Positions 36,672 to 55,020 of a DNA stretch of 64,000 nt are shown here, in pieces. Position 1 is the stretch's first letter. The number at the start of each line of letters is the position of its first letter. Origin of the DNA: Tubulanus polymorphus (lineage: Eukaryota; Animalia; Nemertea); contig NW_027437457.1 of the NCBI RefSeq assembly GCF_964204645.1, forward strand, positions 1 through 64,000, read 5' to 3'. Both the position numbers and the translations under genes were made by a program. The notes under the pieces are model-generated. The model worked only from the letters and a program-made list of their open reading frames with translations, made no database searches and was not told the origin of the DNA.

Positions 36672-39600
36672 ATGTCGGATAGAGAGAGTGGAGATGAATT
36701 GCAGGCTAGCCAGGCCAGAGGTAATATTACACCCCTGTTCACCAGCGCACCTTATTCCCCATTGTTTAAACTAACTATGTAGAAATTTTGGTGTCGTTTG
36801 GTGGGGTACTTTAGACTGAAAACAGTAAACTGTTGGAGACTCGGACTCTGAGACAGCTGATTGTAAAAACATGGCCGCCTTGCTGTCATACGCCGTGCTG
36901 TACATATAAACACTTCAACTTACTTGCGTTTTGTTTTTTCCTCAATAAACTCCATATATTGCTGGATTAACGCGTACAAATGAAGAATCTTCTAGCTGTG
37001 TTTTCCCCATTGAGATAATTCGATAGATTTGGTTTTGTACACCAATACAATTTGGAACAGTCTTTAAAACCAATTCAAAATGGCTGCAGTGGAAATAGGA
37101 GGAGGTATAAACTGCCCACACGATTGTTAAACACTGTTTCATTTGAGCCTGATTTATGTCCGTAAGAGGCTCAAGGCCTGAGGCCCTGCTTGGGGTATTT
37201 TATTAGATGATGTGCTGTAGTCTTATCACTGTGCACACCTACCTGTCACTTATTGATTGTTTTGAGTGAGAGGCAAGCAAGTTCAGTCTACTGCTGGCTG
37301 GCAACATATTCCTGACCGGACTGTAGGGTAGTTACCACATTGCTCTCAGTCCCATTGTTGTCCAGTACCTGCAGATACAGTAGTCCAGTAACAGTGCAAT
37401 AGTCCAGTAATTAAACGCAGATGCGGAAGTGCATCCAGTAAGTGATAGTCCAGTCACAGCGCAATAGTCCGGTACCTGGGCAATAGTCCGGTACCTGGGC
37501 AGTAGTCCAGTAACAGCACAGTAGTACGGTAACAGCGCAATAGTCCGGTACCTGGGCAGTAGTCCAGTAACAGCACAGTAGTCCGGTACCTGGGCAGTAG
37601 TCCAGTAACAGCGCAGTAGTCCGATACCTGGGCAGTAGTCCAGTAACAGCACAGTAGTTCGGTACCTGGGCAGTAGTCCAGTAACAGCACAGTAGTCCGG
37701 TACCTGGGTAGAAGTCCAGTAACAGTGCAGTAGTCCAGTAACAGCGCAGTAGTCCAGATCGTAGAATAGTCCAGTAACTGCAGTAGTCCAGTAACAGTGC
37801 AGTAGTCCAGTAACAGCGCAATAGTCCGGTACCTGGGCAGTAGTCCAGTAACAGCGCAGTAGTCCAGATCCCAGAATAGTCCAGTAACTGCCGTAGTCCA
37901 GTAACAGTGCAGTAGTCCAGTAACAGCGCAATAGTCCGGTACCTGGGCAGTAGTCCAGTAACAGCGCAGTAGTCCAGATCCCAGAATAGTCCAGTAACTG
38001 CAGTAGTCCAGTAACAGCGCAGTAGTCCAGATCCCAGAATAGTCCAGTAACTGCAGTAGTCCAGTAACAGCGCAGTAGTCCAGTAACTGCAGTAGTCCAG
38101 TAACAAGGTGTGATGAGTAATTGTATGATGATGTTATATTTGTAGGTGGTGAACATGCTGAAGGTGATGAAGGACAGTATGATTCAGGTAAGGAATCAAT
38201 CACATCATCGTCATATCACGTGTCACATCACTTCCTTCATTCAATCACATTTAATGATATTTGGTTCGGTTTTGGATTCTATCCATTATTTATAGATCAT
38301 TCTGAGGGTAACATTGATAAGAGACCTGTCTCACCTGATGGTAAGTCCAATCATTTCATTATCTACAGCTCTGGTGAGGGTTATTATGTTAGGGGGGGGG
38401 GGGTAGGTTAGAGTTCAACATTATTTCTCACTGATTTATAATTTAAACCCTAGAATTAGTCACAGTGAATTCATCGGTAGTTTCTGGAGTGAAGCTGTTG
38501 GAATCATCGGTAACTCCAGAATGTGCTGGAGACCTCAAGGTTGGAGTACCTCTCTCTGAGAATGTACAGGTCGGAGCTTCCGGTCTAGAGTCACTGGAGG
38601 TTGAAGCAAGTCCTTCCGAATCGCAGCAGGTTGAAGCACCGGTTCCGGAGTCACATGAAGTTGCAGCAACTCTGGAGTCACTGGAGGTTGGAGCATCTTC
38701 TTTGGAGACACAGAAAGTTGAAACACCCAATTTGGAGTCACTAGAGGTTGGAGCACGTCCCTCCAAGAATGTACAGGAGGTTGCAGCATCCAGTCTAGAG
38801 TCACAGGAGGTTGGAGCACCTGCTCTGGAGTCTGTGGCAGTTAGAACACCAGATTTGGAGTCACAGAAGGTTGCAGCATCCACTTCAGAGTCACAAGAAG
38901 ATGGAGTATCTGCCCTTGAGTCACAGGAGGTTGGAGTACCTCCCTCCAAGGACCTACAGGATGCTGGAGCTGAGTCACTGGTAATCGGAGCACACCCCTG
39001 TGGATCTGAGACACTAGATGATATTGGAGCAATCCCCTCTGATTTACTACAGAAGATGGAGGCGGTCGATGAGACTCGGGCTGTAGTACTCCGAACTGTG
39101 ACACCACACCATGAGCTCCTGGAGGATATTGGAGCATTCCCAACAGAAGCAAACTCAAACAGATTACCTGAAAGTCAAATGGATGAAAAGAGTAAAGATG
39201 TGAAATTGATAGAAGTTGGTGAGATATAAATCAACCTCCTCCACTTAAACTCCTCTCTATTTAATCAACTATTTTCATAAAAGTTTGATAATAATTTTTT
39301 AGGTGATTGTTGTTTATCTCCTGATTCGGGTAAGAAATGATTGCCGATTATAAGTGGGTGATACCATGTTGACAGGGGAAGGGAGGGGAGGTGTGGTCAT
39401 TCCACAAGGGAGAAGGAGGGAGGGAGGGTTGAGGTGTGTACATAGATTATATAATGATCTTAATGGTTTTAATTGTATTAGGAGTTTCAACTGGACTATC
39501 GACCCCAGGACCAGGCTGTACCCCTTCGGGTTCAAGGGATACCCCGGGCTCGAGGGATACCCCGACACCGGGCTCGAGGGATACCCCTGAACCTGTCTAT

Positions 39601-41409
39601 AAGAGTGGTAAGATACAACACTGGTGGAGTCTTTCAAAATGCACTTTTTACTTTCTTTTTAATTTTACAGCATTAATTAATTAATCATCGTTCGATGCAT
39701 GTAATTAACATATATTTGAATTTCAAAGTTTCAGTTGAAGAGGTTACTGGGTTTAACCAATCGGAATAGTTCATTTTATTTACAATCATGCGGGCATTGA
39801 CAGGGGAGGGGGTTCAACTATAGTCACTCCATCTGGTGGTGTGTGCCGGTACCTCTTTCAATGAAGGATATAGATTTCCTGCAGATATAGATTTCCAACC
39901 CCCCGGCGTGCGGGGGGGTAACCCCTCACTGAAATTGACTCAGTTGTTTATTGATGATGATGATTGGTTCTAATTTCTACAGGTTCCGGTGAACAAGAAC
40001 TTGCTACGAAAATGTTACAAATTCAATCAAAACGGTTTTATTTGGACGTCAAACAAAATAAACGTGGGCGATTTATCAAGATAGCCGAGGTATGTACACC
40101 TTCCCCTGATTATCGCTAATTGTTCACCTACCCCTGGATAATGATGTATTTATGATTTAAAGGTTGGAGCGAACGGTAGAAAGAGTCGTCTGCTGTTAGC
40201 GATGTCAACGGCTGCCGAATTCAGGGATCATTTAACTGAGTTTAACGAGCATTACGTCAATTTAGGTAGGTTATTTAATCGGGCATCTAGAAACTACTGT
40301 CTCATCTATCTGGGGTATCTTAAAACTTCATTCTAAAAGTATCCAGGGTATCTAGAAACTTCTCTGATAAGTATCAAGGGCGTCAAAGAACTTCCTAAAG
40401 TATCCAGGGTATCTAGAAACTTCAATGTTTAGTGTCTAGGGCATCTAGAAACTTCATTCTTAAGTATCCAGGGCATCTAGAAACTTGTTTCGATATGGGG
40501 GATATAGAAACTCTAATGTGTTAAAGAGTTGTGCTAGTAATAGACCATGTGGTTTGTGTGTTACATATTCTGAAGGGCCACAGAGTACAGAGTCGGAAAA
40601 AGATGGAAAACTGAAAAGTGAAATTATGAAAAAAGATAATCGTAGATATTACCTTGACCTTAAAGAGAACCAACGCGGACGGTTTCTACGCGTAAGTAAC
40701 TAATTACACGGTAATTAATTACCGATCGATATTCAACCGATTAACGCAGTAATTAATTGATAAATTGCTAGGTGTCTCAGACGTCTCCGCGTACTAACCA
40801 CAGAATTCAGATAGCTATACCGGCTCAGGGTCTGATAGAGTTTCGTAACGCTCTCACTGATTTACTCTTCGATTTCGGTACCGATGATCACGGTACGTAA
40901 CAATCGACGTATATCGTCGTCGTCGCAATAGTAACCGTACTATGATTAATTAACGGCTGCGTTGTATTGTTGTATTTTACAGAAGGTCAGCCCGATTTAC
41001 CTGCCTCTCGTTCGATGCGCGTAGAAAATAAGATCTTTTATTTCGACGTAGGGACGAATAGAAGAGGTGTTTTCATGAGGATATCTGAGGTAAATACCTA
41101 GCAACAGTCGCTACTCGTTACGATAATTATTATTGATTTATTTATCTAGCGGAATTAGTAGAATATCAGTGGAATGCACGAACATGAAACTCTCTTCATA
41201 TTCTTTATTTTCTCCTTAGCAACAATTGTTGCGTACAGTTTCTATGGTAACTGATTGTATCATTGTTGTTGTTTGCGTTGCAGGTTCGCGCTAATTTTCG
41301 CACGGCTATTACCATTCCGGAAAAATCTTGGGAAAAATTTCGCGACATCATGACTGACTTTGTTGAATCGAAGCAGGTTCCCGAAAGTTGTGAAAATATT
41401 AGTAATTAA
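36672..41409 (+). CDS. PURA: Pur-alpha/beta family nucleic-acid-binding protein
   Basis: MSDRESGDE start; [32 protein letters not shown]; [18 protein letters not shown]; [21 protein letters not shown] (three PUR repeats). Confidence 0.95.
37375..38105. repeat. Complex minisatellite (CAGTAGTCCAGTAACAG core) in PURA intron 1
   Basis: Direct inspection. Confidence 0.93.
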
Positions 41410-42184
41410 TATAAAATAAGTATAAAATAATAAATAGAATTAAAAAAAAAATATCTGTGAAGAAAAACGAACGGAAAGAAGAAGAATTAATAGAAATATG
41501 TGTAAAAATGATGAATCGGTTTCGGACGAAAAGAAATAAAAAAGAAGCAAAGAATGAATTGGATCCAGTCACACTGAAATATTCATTAAATACTAAATAA
41601 TAACCTAGGACTATTTTATATATCAAATAAATAGGGACAATGATTGAAATGTTTTTTCTACTCTGATCAATGAATTGATGATACGTGTGGTGAATGTGAG
41701 AGATTTTACTCTAAATTAAAACAACTCTAAATCTGTGCAGTGATAAAAGAAGGAGAGACGATGTCATATTTGGGTTTAAAATCGAGCAGCCAGCACTGCC
41801 GTCGCGGCACACGTCATGCCTGCGCACACGATTCAACTCTACACGTGTGCCAGCTATCTGTATTTTATTTCAAGGTAAAATCCGGCCGTCCATATTAGTA
41901 GAGCTTTACATGATCTCTGTCTCTCACAACTCCATCTATTGTCAAACTACTAAAACACCTCAATAATTATAATAATAATCAATTTTGATTATTTTATTTC
42001 GAGTTTCGGGTTCAAAAAACAAAATATTATAATTATAATTAACAGTGAATGTGATCAGATGTTTCTTGTTATATCTCTATATTTAAGACACACCGAGGGC
42101 GCCACCTAGGTACACATTAGTGTACTAGCCTGCGTACCAGCCTACGTGTGGTCGGTTTTTTTGGGTTTGAAAACAGAAGTGTTA

Positions 42185-42215
<31 letters not shown>

Positions 42216-44327
42216 AAAAAAATGTCTTGTTCAAATTATTATTGATAAAGTTTATCTTAGTAACATTTAGATTTAATGATGTTTAATATTCTCCGATGTA
42301 GCGTGTATTGTTGAACACCGTTTCTATGGTAATGTAATTGTATATTGTTGCCATGGTAACAACAATTAAAGAAACGTTGTCATCGGCGATGATATATTTG
42401 CGTTATGAGAGGTTTACGCAGCGAGACTGGTTGCCAGCTCGTTGCCGAGAGACTGGTTGCCACGTGATGATGTTTGTTTGTTATAGTAGTTGTTATACCG
42501 TGGAGAACTGCCACCAGGGGGCGCCGTTTGTTAAAATATGAAACTATATAAAATGCATTTTAATAAGAAATAGAATTATTGAAATTATAAGTTGTGGATA
42601 TCAATGAAAAATGGATGAAATATTTGGAGGTGTTTAAAACTTTGTGTAATTCACAATGAAAACTAACAGTGAAATGTAACATAGTTTGAATGAGTGTCGA
42701 TATTCAATTATTATACTATCAATTGATTGATTGTTGCGTTGCTCGGGGTGATATCACCACCGCTGTCCGCAGTGTCAACTGAAGCTCCGCCCCCGTTGAC
42801 GCTAAGCCCCGCCCTCTCTTAGTGCGATCAGCTATTTTATACATTCATACAGCAGCGGTAGCGCCCTCTATCTTGGCGGGCGCTAATCTCTTCTCGTGCG
42901 TAGAAATATATATATTGTTAATATACAGAAAACTTAAAATTGTTATGAAATTTCACAGATTTTATGATGAATTAGTTTTGAGAAATCGGTATGAAATGTA
43001 AAGACTGTTAACAAACACTAAAACAGTCGCTCGTGACATGTTTTCAACAAGTCTCTAAAGAGCTTTATTTATTATTTATTCATAATCGAATTTATTCCAT
43101 ATTTTGTTTGTTTTTGCGTTAATTATTATAATTATTATTTACTACTTAAGTTGTTTATTTGTGATGTTGAAAAATTGGTTCGATTTTTCGAAAAAAAGAG
43201 AACTTTAATATCTAGAAAAAAAACTTGTGGCCGAGCAACTGCTCCTCTTATTGTCAGTCAGTAACCATGGTAATCATTATATTACAACAATCGATCGATG
43301 TAACTATGGAAACGTGACCATTATTTGGATTTCGATGTAAAATGAATGAAACCCATCAGCAGCTCCCTCTTCAGTCTGAATAGAGAACTATCGTTTGCAT
43401 GCATTCCTAATGTTTGTTTTGACGGCAGATTTTAACGAATTTTATAAATTGTCGATTGTTTATTTCGTGTTTTTGTTGTTATTTTCGTGTGAGGGTGCAG
43501 TAAACACCCCCTCCCCTCGTTTGGGGGGAACACCCCCCTCCCCTCGTTTGGAGGGCCGGGGGAAATACAAGTGGCCAGTATCGCATCATAGTTAATAATA
43601 AAAATAGGCTGAATTTGTAAAATAGTTATAAAACACCGCGATCAGCCGAATTATAAATAAAACAATCGACTTTATAGAAATCTGTCGTCCGCATACAATA
43701 AAAAATCCTCCTTTATTTTATAGTGTATTAAAAGTGTATTGAATGTATGTATCAGAGGTATCCGTACGTGGATACATCTGTATCCTTTAAAACAAACATC
43801 GTGATGATACACGTCAGAAGTGTATCTGATAAATCTAAATTTCACGTATCGCAGTGAACCAGACTTACTGCGACTAACTGGTTTATATTAGTATAGTTAC
43901 TCATTAGGATATTTAACCCTAAGCCTTTAGAGTTAACTGGTAACTTATTGAGAGGTACTCATAGGTTAAACCCGGGTACTCCTCACAGCCGGATTGGTAA
44001 ATAAGGAGTATCTGGATGATTACTAGTTTTGGTCTTGGATACTCTGCTGGGATTCTCCAGCCGTATTCATCTCACATTCTCTACTTTGTTGTGAAAATTA
44101 TTAAAATATATCAATCTTATTGTACATAAAAATTGTAATTGTTAGTTATTTTTGAGGTATATTTCTTATTCATTTTTGAGGATTTTGAAGTTCGTTTGTA
44201 CAAAATGGTCAGAATTATGATGGAGATCGAGGCCATTACGATGTCTGTAAGACCGTAAGGTGCTGCCACTTCTGCGATTTTACGGAACTAGGATTTTGGA
44301 ACCGGACCGTGGCGCTCGATGGTTATG

Positions 44328-44536
44328 AACCGGACTGGTTAGGGTTACGAACCGGACTGACCACGCTGACCGTCTGGTGCTGGCATCTAGCAGCAGTTTT
44401 CGGAACTAGGGTTAGGGTTACGTACCGGACTGGCTAGGGTTAGGGTTACGAACCGGACTGGCCACGCTGACCGTCTGGTGCTGGCATCTAGCAGCAGTTC
44501 TCGGAACTAGGGTTAGGGTTACGAACCGGACTGGCC
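44328..44536. repeat. Repeat block with CTAGGGTTAGGGTTACGAACCGGACTGG units
   Basis: Same units recur at 45163-45378. Confidence 0.85.
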
Positions 44537-45162
44537 TTCACCAAGAATCTTAGTGTCTGATGTACCACAGACACTAAGATGCGAACGACATTTTCTCGAT
44601 ACTTTTAGATCACTGCAGCTTTAAACCACCAGAAATCCAGTTTCACTAAACCGATTGTGAAAAATAAACTATCGTTACAAACCTCATACATTCAGTTTTC
44701 TTATTATTATATTCATTTGGAGGTTCATTCATCATAGTCCGTGCTTGATGCGATATAAATACAGAAATAGCAAAAATGACACCATTTTTTCACTTTGAAA
44801 CTAGGCATTGTAACACTGTAGTTCGTTAGCAACAAGACAACTTGAGCGATGCGTGTCTCATCGCTAAACAGCGCATCATTTTTGTATCTTAAATTTAATC
44901 GTACTAAAATCAGATTTATCGTCAAAATGTTATAATGAACAAACGTAAGACATCATAAGGTTAGTGTAGATAGTTTATTCATCAAAATCGGTTGTTTATT
45001 TGCTGAGATATCGCAGTTTGAACACGGACAAAAAAGCCGACCAAATTCTGGTCGGCAACTGTACAGCGAATTTGAATGCACGCGTCTGGGTGGTTGGTTA
45101 CACTAGGATCGTAGAGCGACAGAGATCACTGGTGGAGACAACCGCTGCCAGTGCTGGGTGAA

Positions 45163-45378
45163 GACTGGCCACGCTGACCGTCTGGTGCTGGCATCTAGCA
45201 GCAGTACTCCGAACTAGGGTTAGGGTTACGAACCGGACTGGCTAGGGTTAGGGTTACGAACCGGACTGGCCACGCTGACCGTCTGGTGCTGGCATCTAAG
45301 CAGCAGTTCTCGGAACTAGGGTTAGGGTTACGAACCGGACTGGCTAGGGTTAGGGTTACGAAACCGTCTGGTGCTGCC
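45163..45378. repeat. Second CTAGGGTTAGGGTTAC block, abutting the YIPF3 start
   Basis: Two ~100-nt units near-identical to 44346-44536. Confidence 0.85.
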
Positions 45379-45393
45379 ACCAAATTTGTAAAG

Positions 45394-49366
<3,973 letters not shown>

Positions 49367-50125
49367 GACATAGTTTTAATATCTATCATACTGAGTATGT
49401 TCTTATTCAATCCTCACTCATATTCACTTCTTAGGGACGTGTCTGGTGTGGTGTCTGGTTTGATCGCTAGGGGGCTCTAGGTGCGAGGGTTGGTGTATGA
49501 TTCTATATCTAGGTGGCGCTTGTAATTCACTAGATGCATGTTGTAGCTGTTGTTTTCAAGTTTTGCTCAATTATTTCAGTAATTAGTTTAGTTTTGACTG
49601 AACTGCACAATTGAAAACTCAATGTTAACTCGTAAAGTTATATTTGATTATTTGATTTTTCAGTTTTGGATAAGATGTGAGCCCCTGCTGGGCAGTGATT
49701 GGTCTGGGCGTAGTGGTGGACCGAATTATGGACTGCGGACCAAGTGGTGGTGGCCGTTATTCATTGTAAAAATCTTAATATATTCAATTATCATTTTGTA
49801 AATAAACTGTAGATTTATCCTTAGGTAGGACTTCATCGTTATTGGTATTTAAGTTATTTGAGGATTTTGAAGTAATTGGCAACTGGCCGGACTTATTTTC
49901 AGTCGGACTACTGGTTGGTGCGGTATGTTGGTCCGTCTCCTTCCGGACAACTGGTCGGACAATCCTAAGCGGGTTAAAGCTACGAAAAATGAAGTAATTC
50001 TACGAATTTATGATCTGAAATATGATGTTATTTTCCATGATCGAATTCAAATACAAAAACCCGCAGCGGATCCGTTTAGAAAGGACTGCGTGTACCGGAA
50101 GTATGTTAGCCCCACATGCATCAGA

Positions 50126-50138
50126 TCCTTTCCACTTC
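50126..50138 (+). promoter_or_regulatory. Polypyrimidine initiator / 5' TOP of RPS11
   Basis: TCCTTTCCACTTC about 20 nt before the ATG, typical of ribosomal protein genes. Confidence 0.6.
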
Positions 50139-50149
50139 CGGAGTAAATC

Positions 50150-52207
<2,058 letters not shown>

Positions 52208-52286
52208 TGTAACAAACGTGAATTTAAAATAAAACAAATTAAATTCAAATATATCAGAATCAAATTCAATTTCATTCAATCTGACA

Positions 52287-52566
52287 CCAGAGGAGTCCCA
52301 CAATCGGAGAGGAGTCCCACAATCAGAGAGGAGTCCCACAATCAGAGAGGAGTCATACAATCAGCGAGAAGTTCCACAATCGGTGAGGAGTCCCACAATC
52401 AGAGACGAGTCCCACAATCAGAGAGGAGTCATACAATCAGCGAGGAGTCCCACAATCGGAGAGGAGTCATACAATCAGCAAGGAGTCCCACAATCAGAGA
52501 GGAGTCATACAATCAGCAAGGAGTCCCACAATCAGAGAGGAGTCCCACAATCAGAGAGAAGTCCAA
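52287..52566. repeat. About 19-nt minisatellite (GAGGAGTCCCACAATCAGA)n
   Basis: About 14 copies after the RPS11 poly(A) signal. Confidence 0.9.
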
Positions 52567-52581
52567 TTAAGGTACTACCAC

Positions 52582-54984
52582 AACCCCTGTACATCCTCTA
52601 TTCAGCATCAGGACCGCTCTGAATCGGAATCAATAATTACTGAGTTCGAACCCGGCCCATACGCTTAGTTTAATAATGACGCTATGATCGCCATCTATTG
52701 GATTTTGGATGAACTCACTAGATAGCTCTTACTGGTCTCACTGAGTCTTCTTCAGTGGGTTGAAATCACACTCGCCATCTGGTGGATTTCTATGCTACTA
52801 CAGTTTAATGATGGTTTTATCCACCAGATGGCGAGTGTGATTTTAACGGATTAATGAAGAGTCAGTGAGACAAGTAAGAGCTATCTAGTCGGTTCAGCCA
52901 AATTCCAATAGATGGCGATAACGTTAGAAATCTTGATATCCTCTCGTCGGGCACCCTGTACATCCTCTATTCAGAGCATCAGGACCACTCTGAATCAGTC
53001 AGTAATTACTGGGTTCGAACCCGGGACACCCCTGTACATCCTCTATTCAGTATGAGGACCACTCTGAATCAGTATCAGTAATTTGATTGCTGGGTTCGAC
53101 CCCGGGACACACCTGTACATCCTCTATACAGCATCAGGACCACTTTGAATCAATATCAGCAATTACTGGGTTCGAACCCGGGAAACCCCTGTACATCCTC
53201 TATTCAGCATCAGGACCACTCTGAATCAGCATAGTCAGTTATTAACTGGGTTCGAACCCGGGACACCCCTGTACATCCTCTATTCAGTATCAAGACCACT
53301 CTGAACCAGTATCAGTAATTGCTGGGTTCCAAACTTTTGGTACATAGAATAATGATACTATGATCGCCATCTATTGGATTTTGGATGAACTCACTTGATA
53401 GCTCTTACTAGTCTCACTGACTCTTTTTTAGTGGGTTGAAATCACACTCGCCATCTGGTGGATTTCTATGCTACTACAGTCTAATGATGGTTATATCCAC
53501 CAGATGGCGAGTGTGATTTTAACGGATTAATGAAGAGTCAGTGAGACAAGTAAGAGCTATCTAGTCAGTTCAGCCAAATTCCAATAGATGGCGATCACGT
53601 TAGAAATCTTGATATCCTCTCGTCGGGCACCCTGTACATCCTCTATTCAGCATCAGGACCGCTCTGAATCAGTCAGTAATTACTGGGTTCGAACTCGGGA
53701 CACCCCTGTACATCCTCTATTCAGTATGAGGACCACTCTGAATCAGTATCAGTAATTTGATTGCTGGGTTCGACCCCGGGACACACCTGTATATCCTCTA
53801 TTCAGCATCAGGACCACTCTGATCCAGTATCAGTAATTACTGGGATCGAACCCTGGACGGCCCCTGTACATCCTCTATACAGCATCAGGACCACTCTGAA
53901 TCAATATCAGCAATTACTGGGATCGAACCCGGGACACCCCTGTACATCCTCTATTCAGCATCAGGACCACTCTGAATCAGCATAGTCAGTTATTAACTGG
54001 GTTCGAACCCGGGACACCCCTGTACATCCTCTATTCAGTATCAAGACCACTCTGAACCAGTATCAGTAATTGCTGGGTTCCAAAACTTTTGGTACATAGA
54101 ATAATGATGCTATGATCGCCATCTATTGGATTTTGGATGAACTCACTAGATAGCTCTTACTGGTCTCACTGACTCTCCTTTAGTGGGTTGAAATCACACT
54201 CGCCATCTGGTGGATTTCTATGCTACTACAGTCTAATGATGGTTTTATCCACCAGATGGCGAGTAGGATTTTAACCGATTAAAGAAGAGTCAGTGAGACC
54301 AGTAAGAGCTATCTAGTCGGTTCAGCCAAATTCCAATAGATGGCGATAACGTTAGAAAATCTTGATATCCTCTCCTCGTAGGACACCCCTGTACATCCTC
54401 TATTCAGCAGCAGGAATCACTCTGAATCAGTATCAGTAATAACTGGGTTCGAACCCGGGACACCCCTGTACACCCTCTATTCAGCATCAGGACCACTCTG
54501 AATCAGTATCAGTAATAACTGGGTTCGAACCCGACACACCCCTGTTCACCCTCTATTCAGCATCAGGACCACGCTGAATCAGTATCAGTAATAACTGGGG
54601 TCGAACCCGGGACACCCCTGTACACCCTCTATTCAGCATCAGGACCACTCTGAATCAGTATCAGTAATAACTGGGTTCGAACCCGACACACCCCTGTTCA
54701 CCCTCTATTCAGCATCAGGACCACGCTGAATCAGTATCAGTAATAACTGGGGTCGAACCCGGGACACCCCTGTTCACCCTCTATTCAGCATCAGGACCAC
54801 GCTGAATCAGTATCAGTAATAACTGGGGTCGAACCCGGGACACCCCTGTACACCCTCTATTCAGCATCAGGACCACGCTGAATCAGTATCAGTAATAACT
54901 GGGTTCTAACCCGGGACACCCCTGTGCACCCTCTATTCAGCATCAGGACCACTCTGAATCAGTATCAGTAATAACTGGGTTCAA
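52582..54984. repeat. Composite satellite: ~60-nt units with GGGTTCGAACCC plus three 233-nt palindromes
   Basis: Unit CACCCCTGTACATCCTCTATTCAGCATCAGGACCACTCTGAATCAGTATCAGTAATTACTGGGTTCGAACCCGGGA. Palindromes at 52687-52919, 53361-53597 and 54115-54347. Confidence 0.9.
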
Positions 54985-55020
54985 GTTATCTGAAGATATT
55001 TTATTTTATTGCTGAAATAT

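Noticed and set aside
44328-45378. True telomere or interstitial telomeric array
   Set aside because: Never more than about two consecutive TTAGGG units, always in a fixed flanking context.
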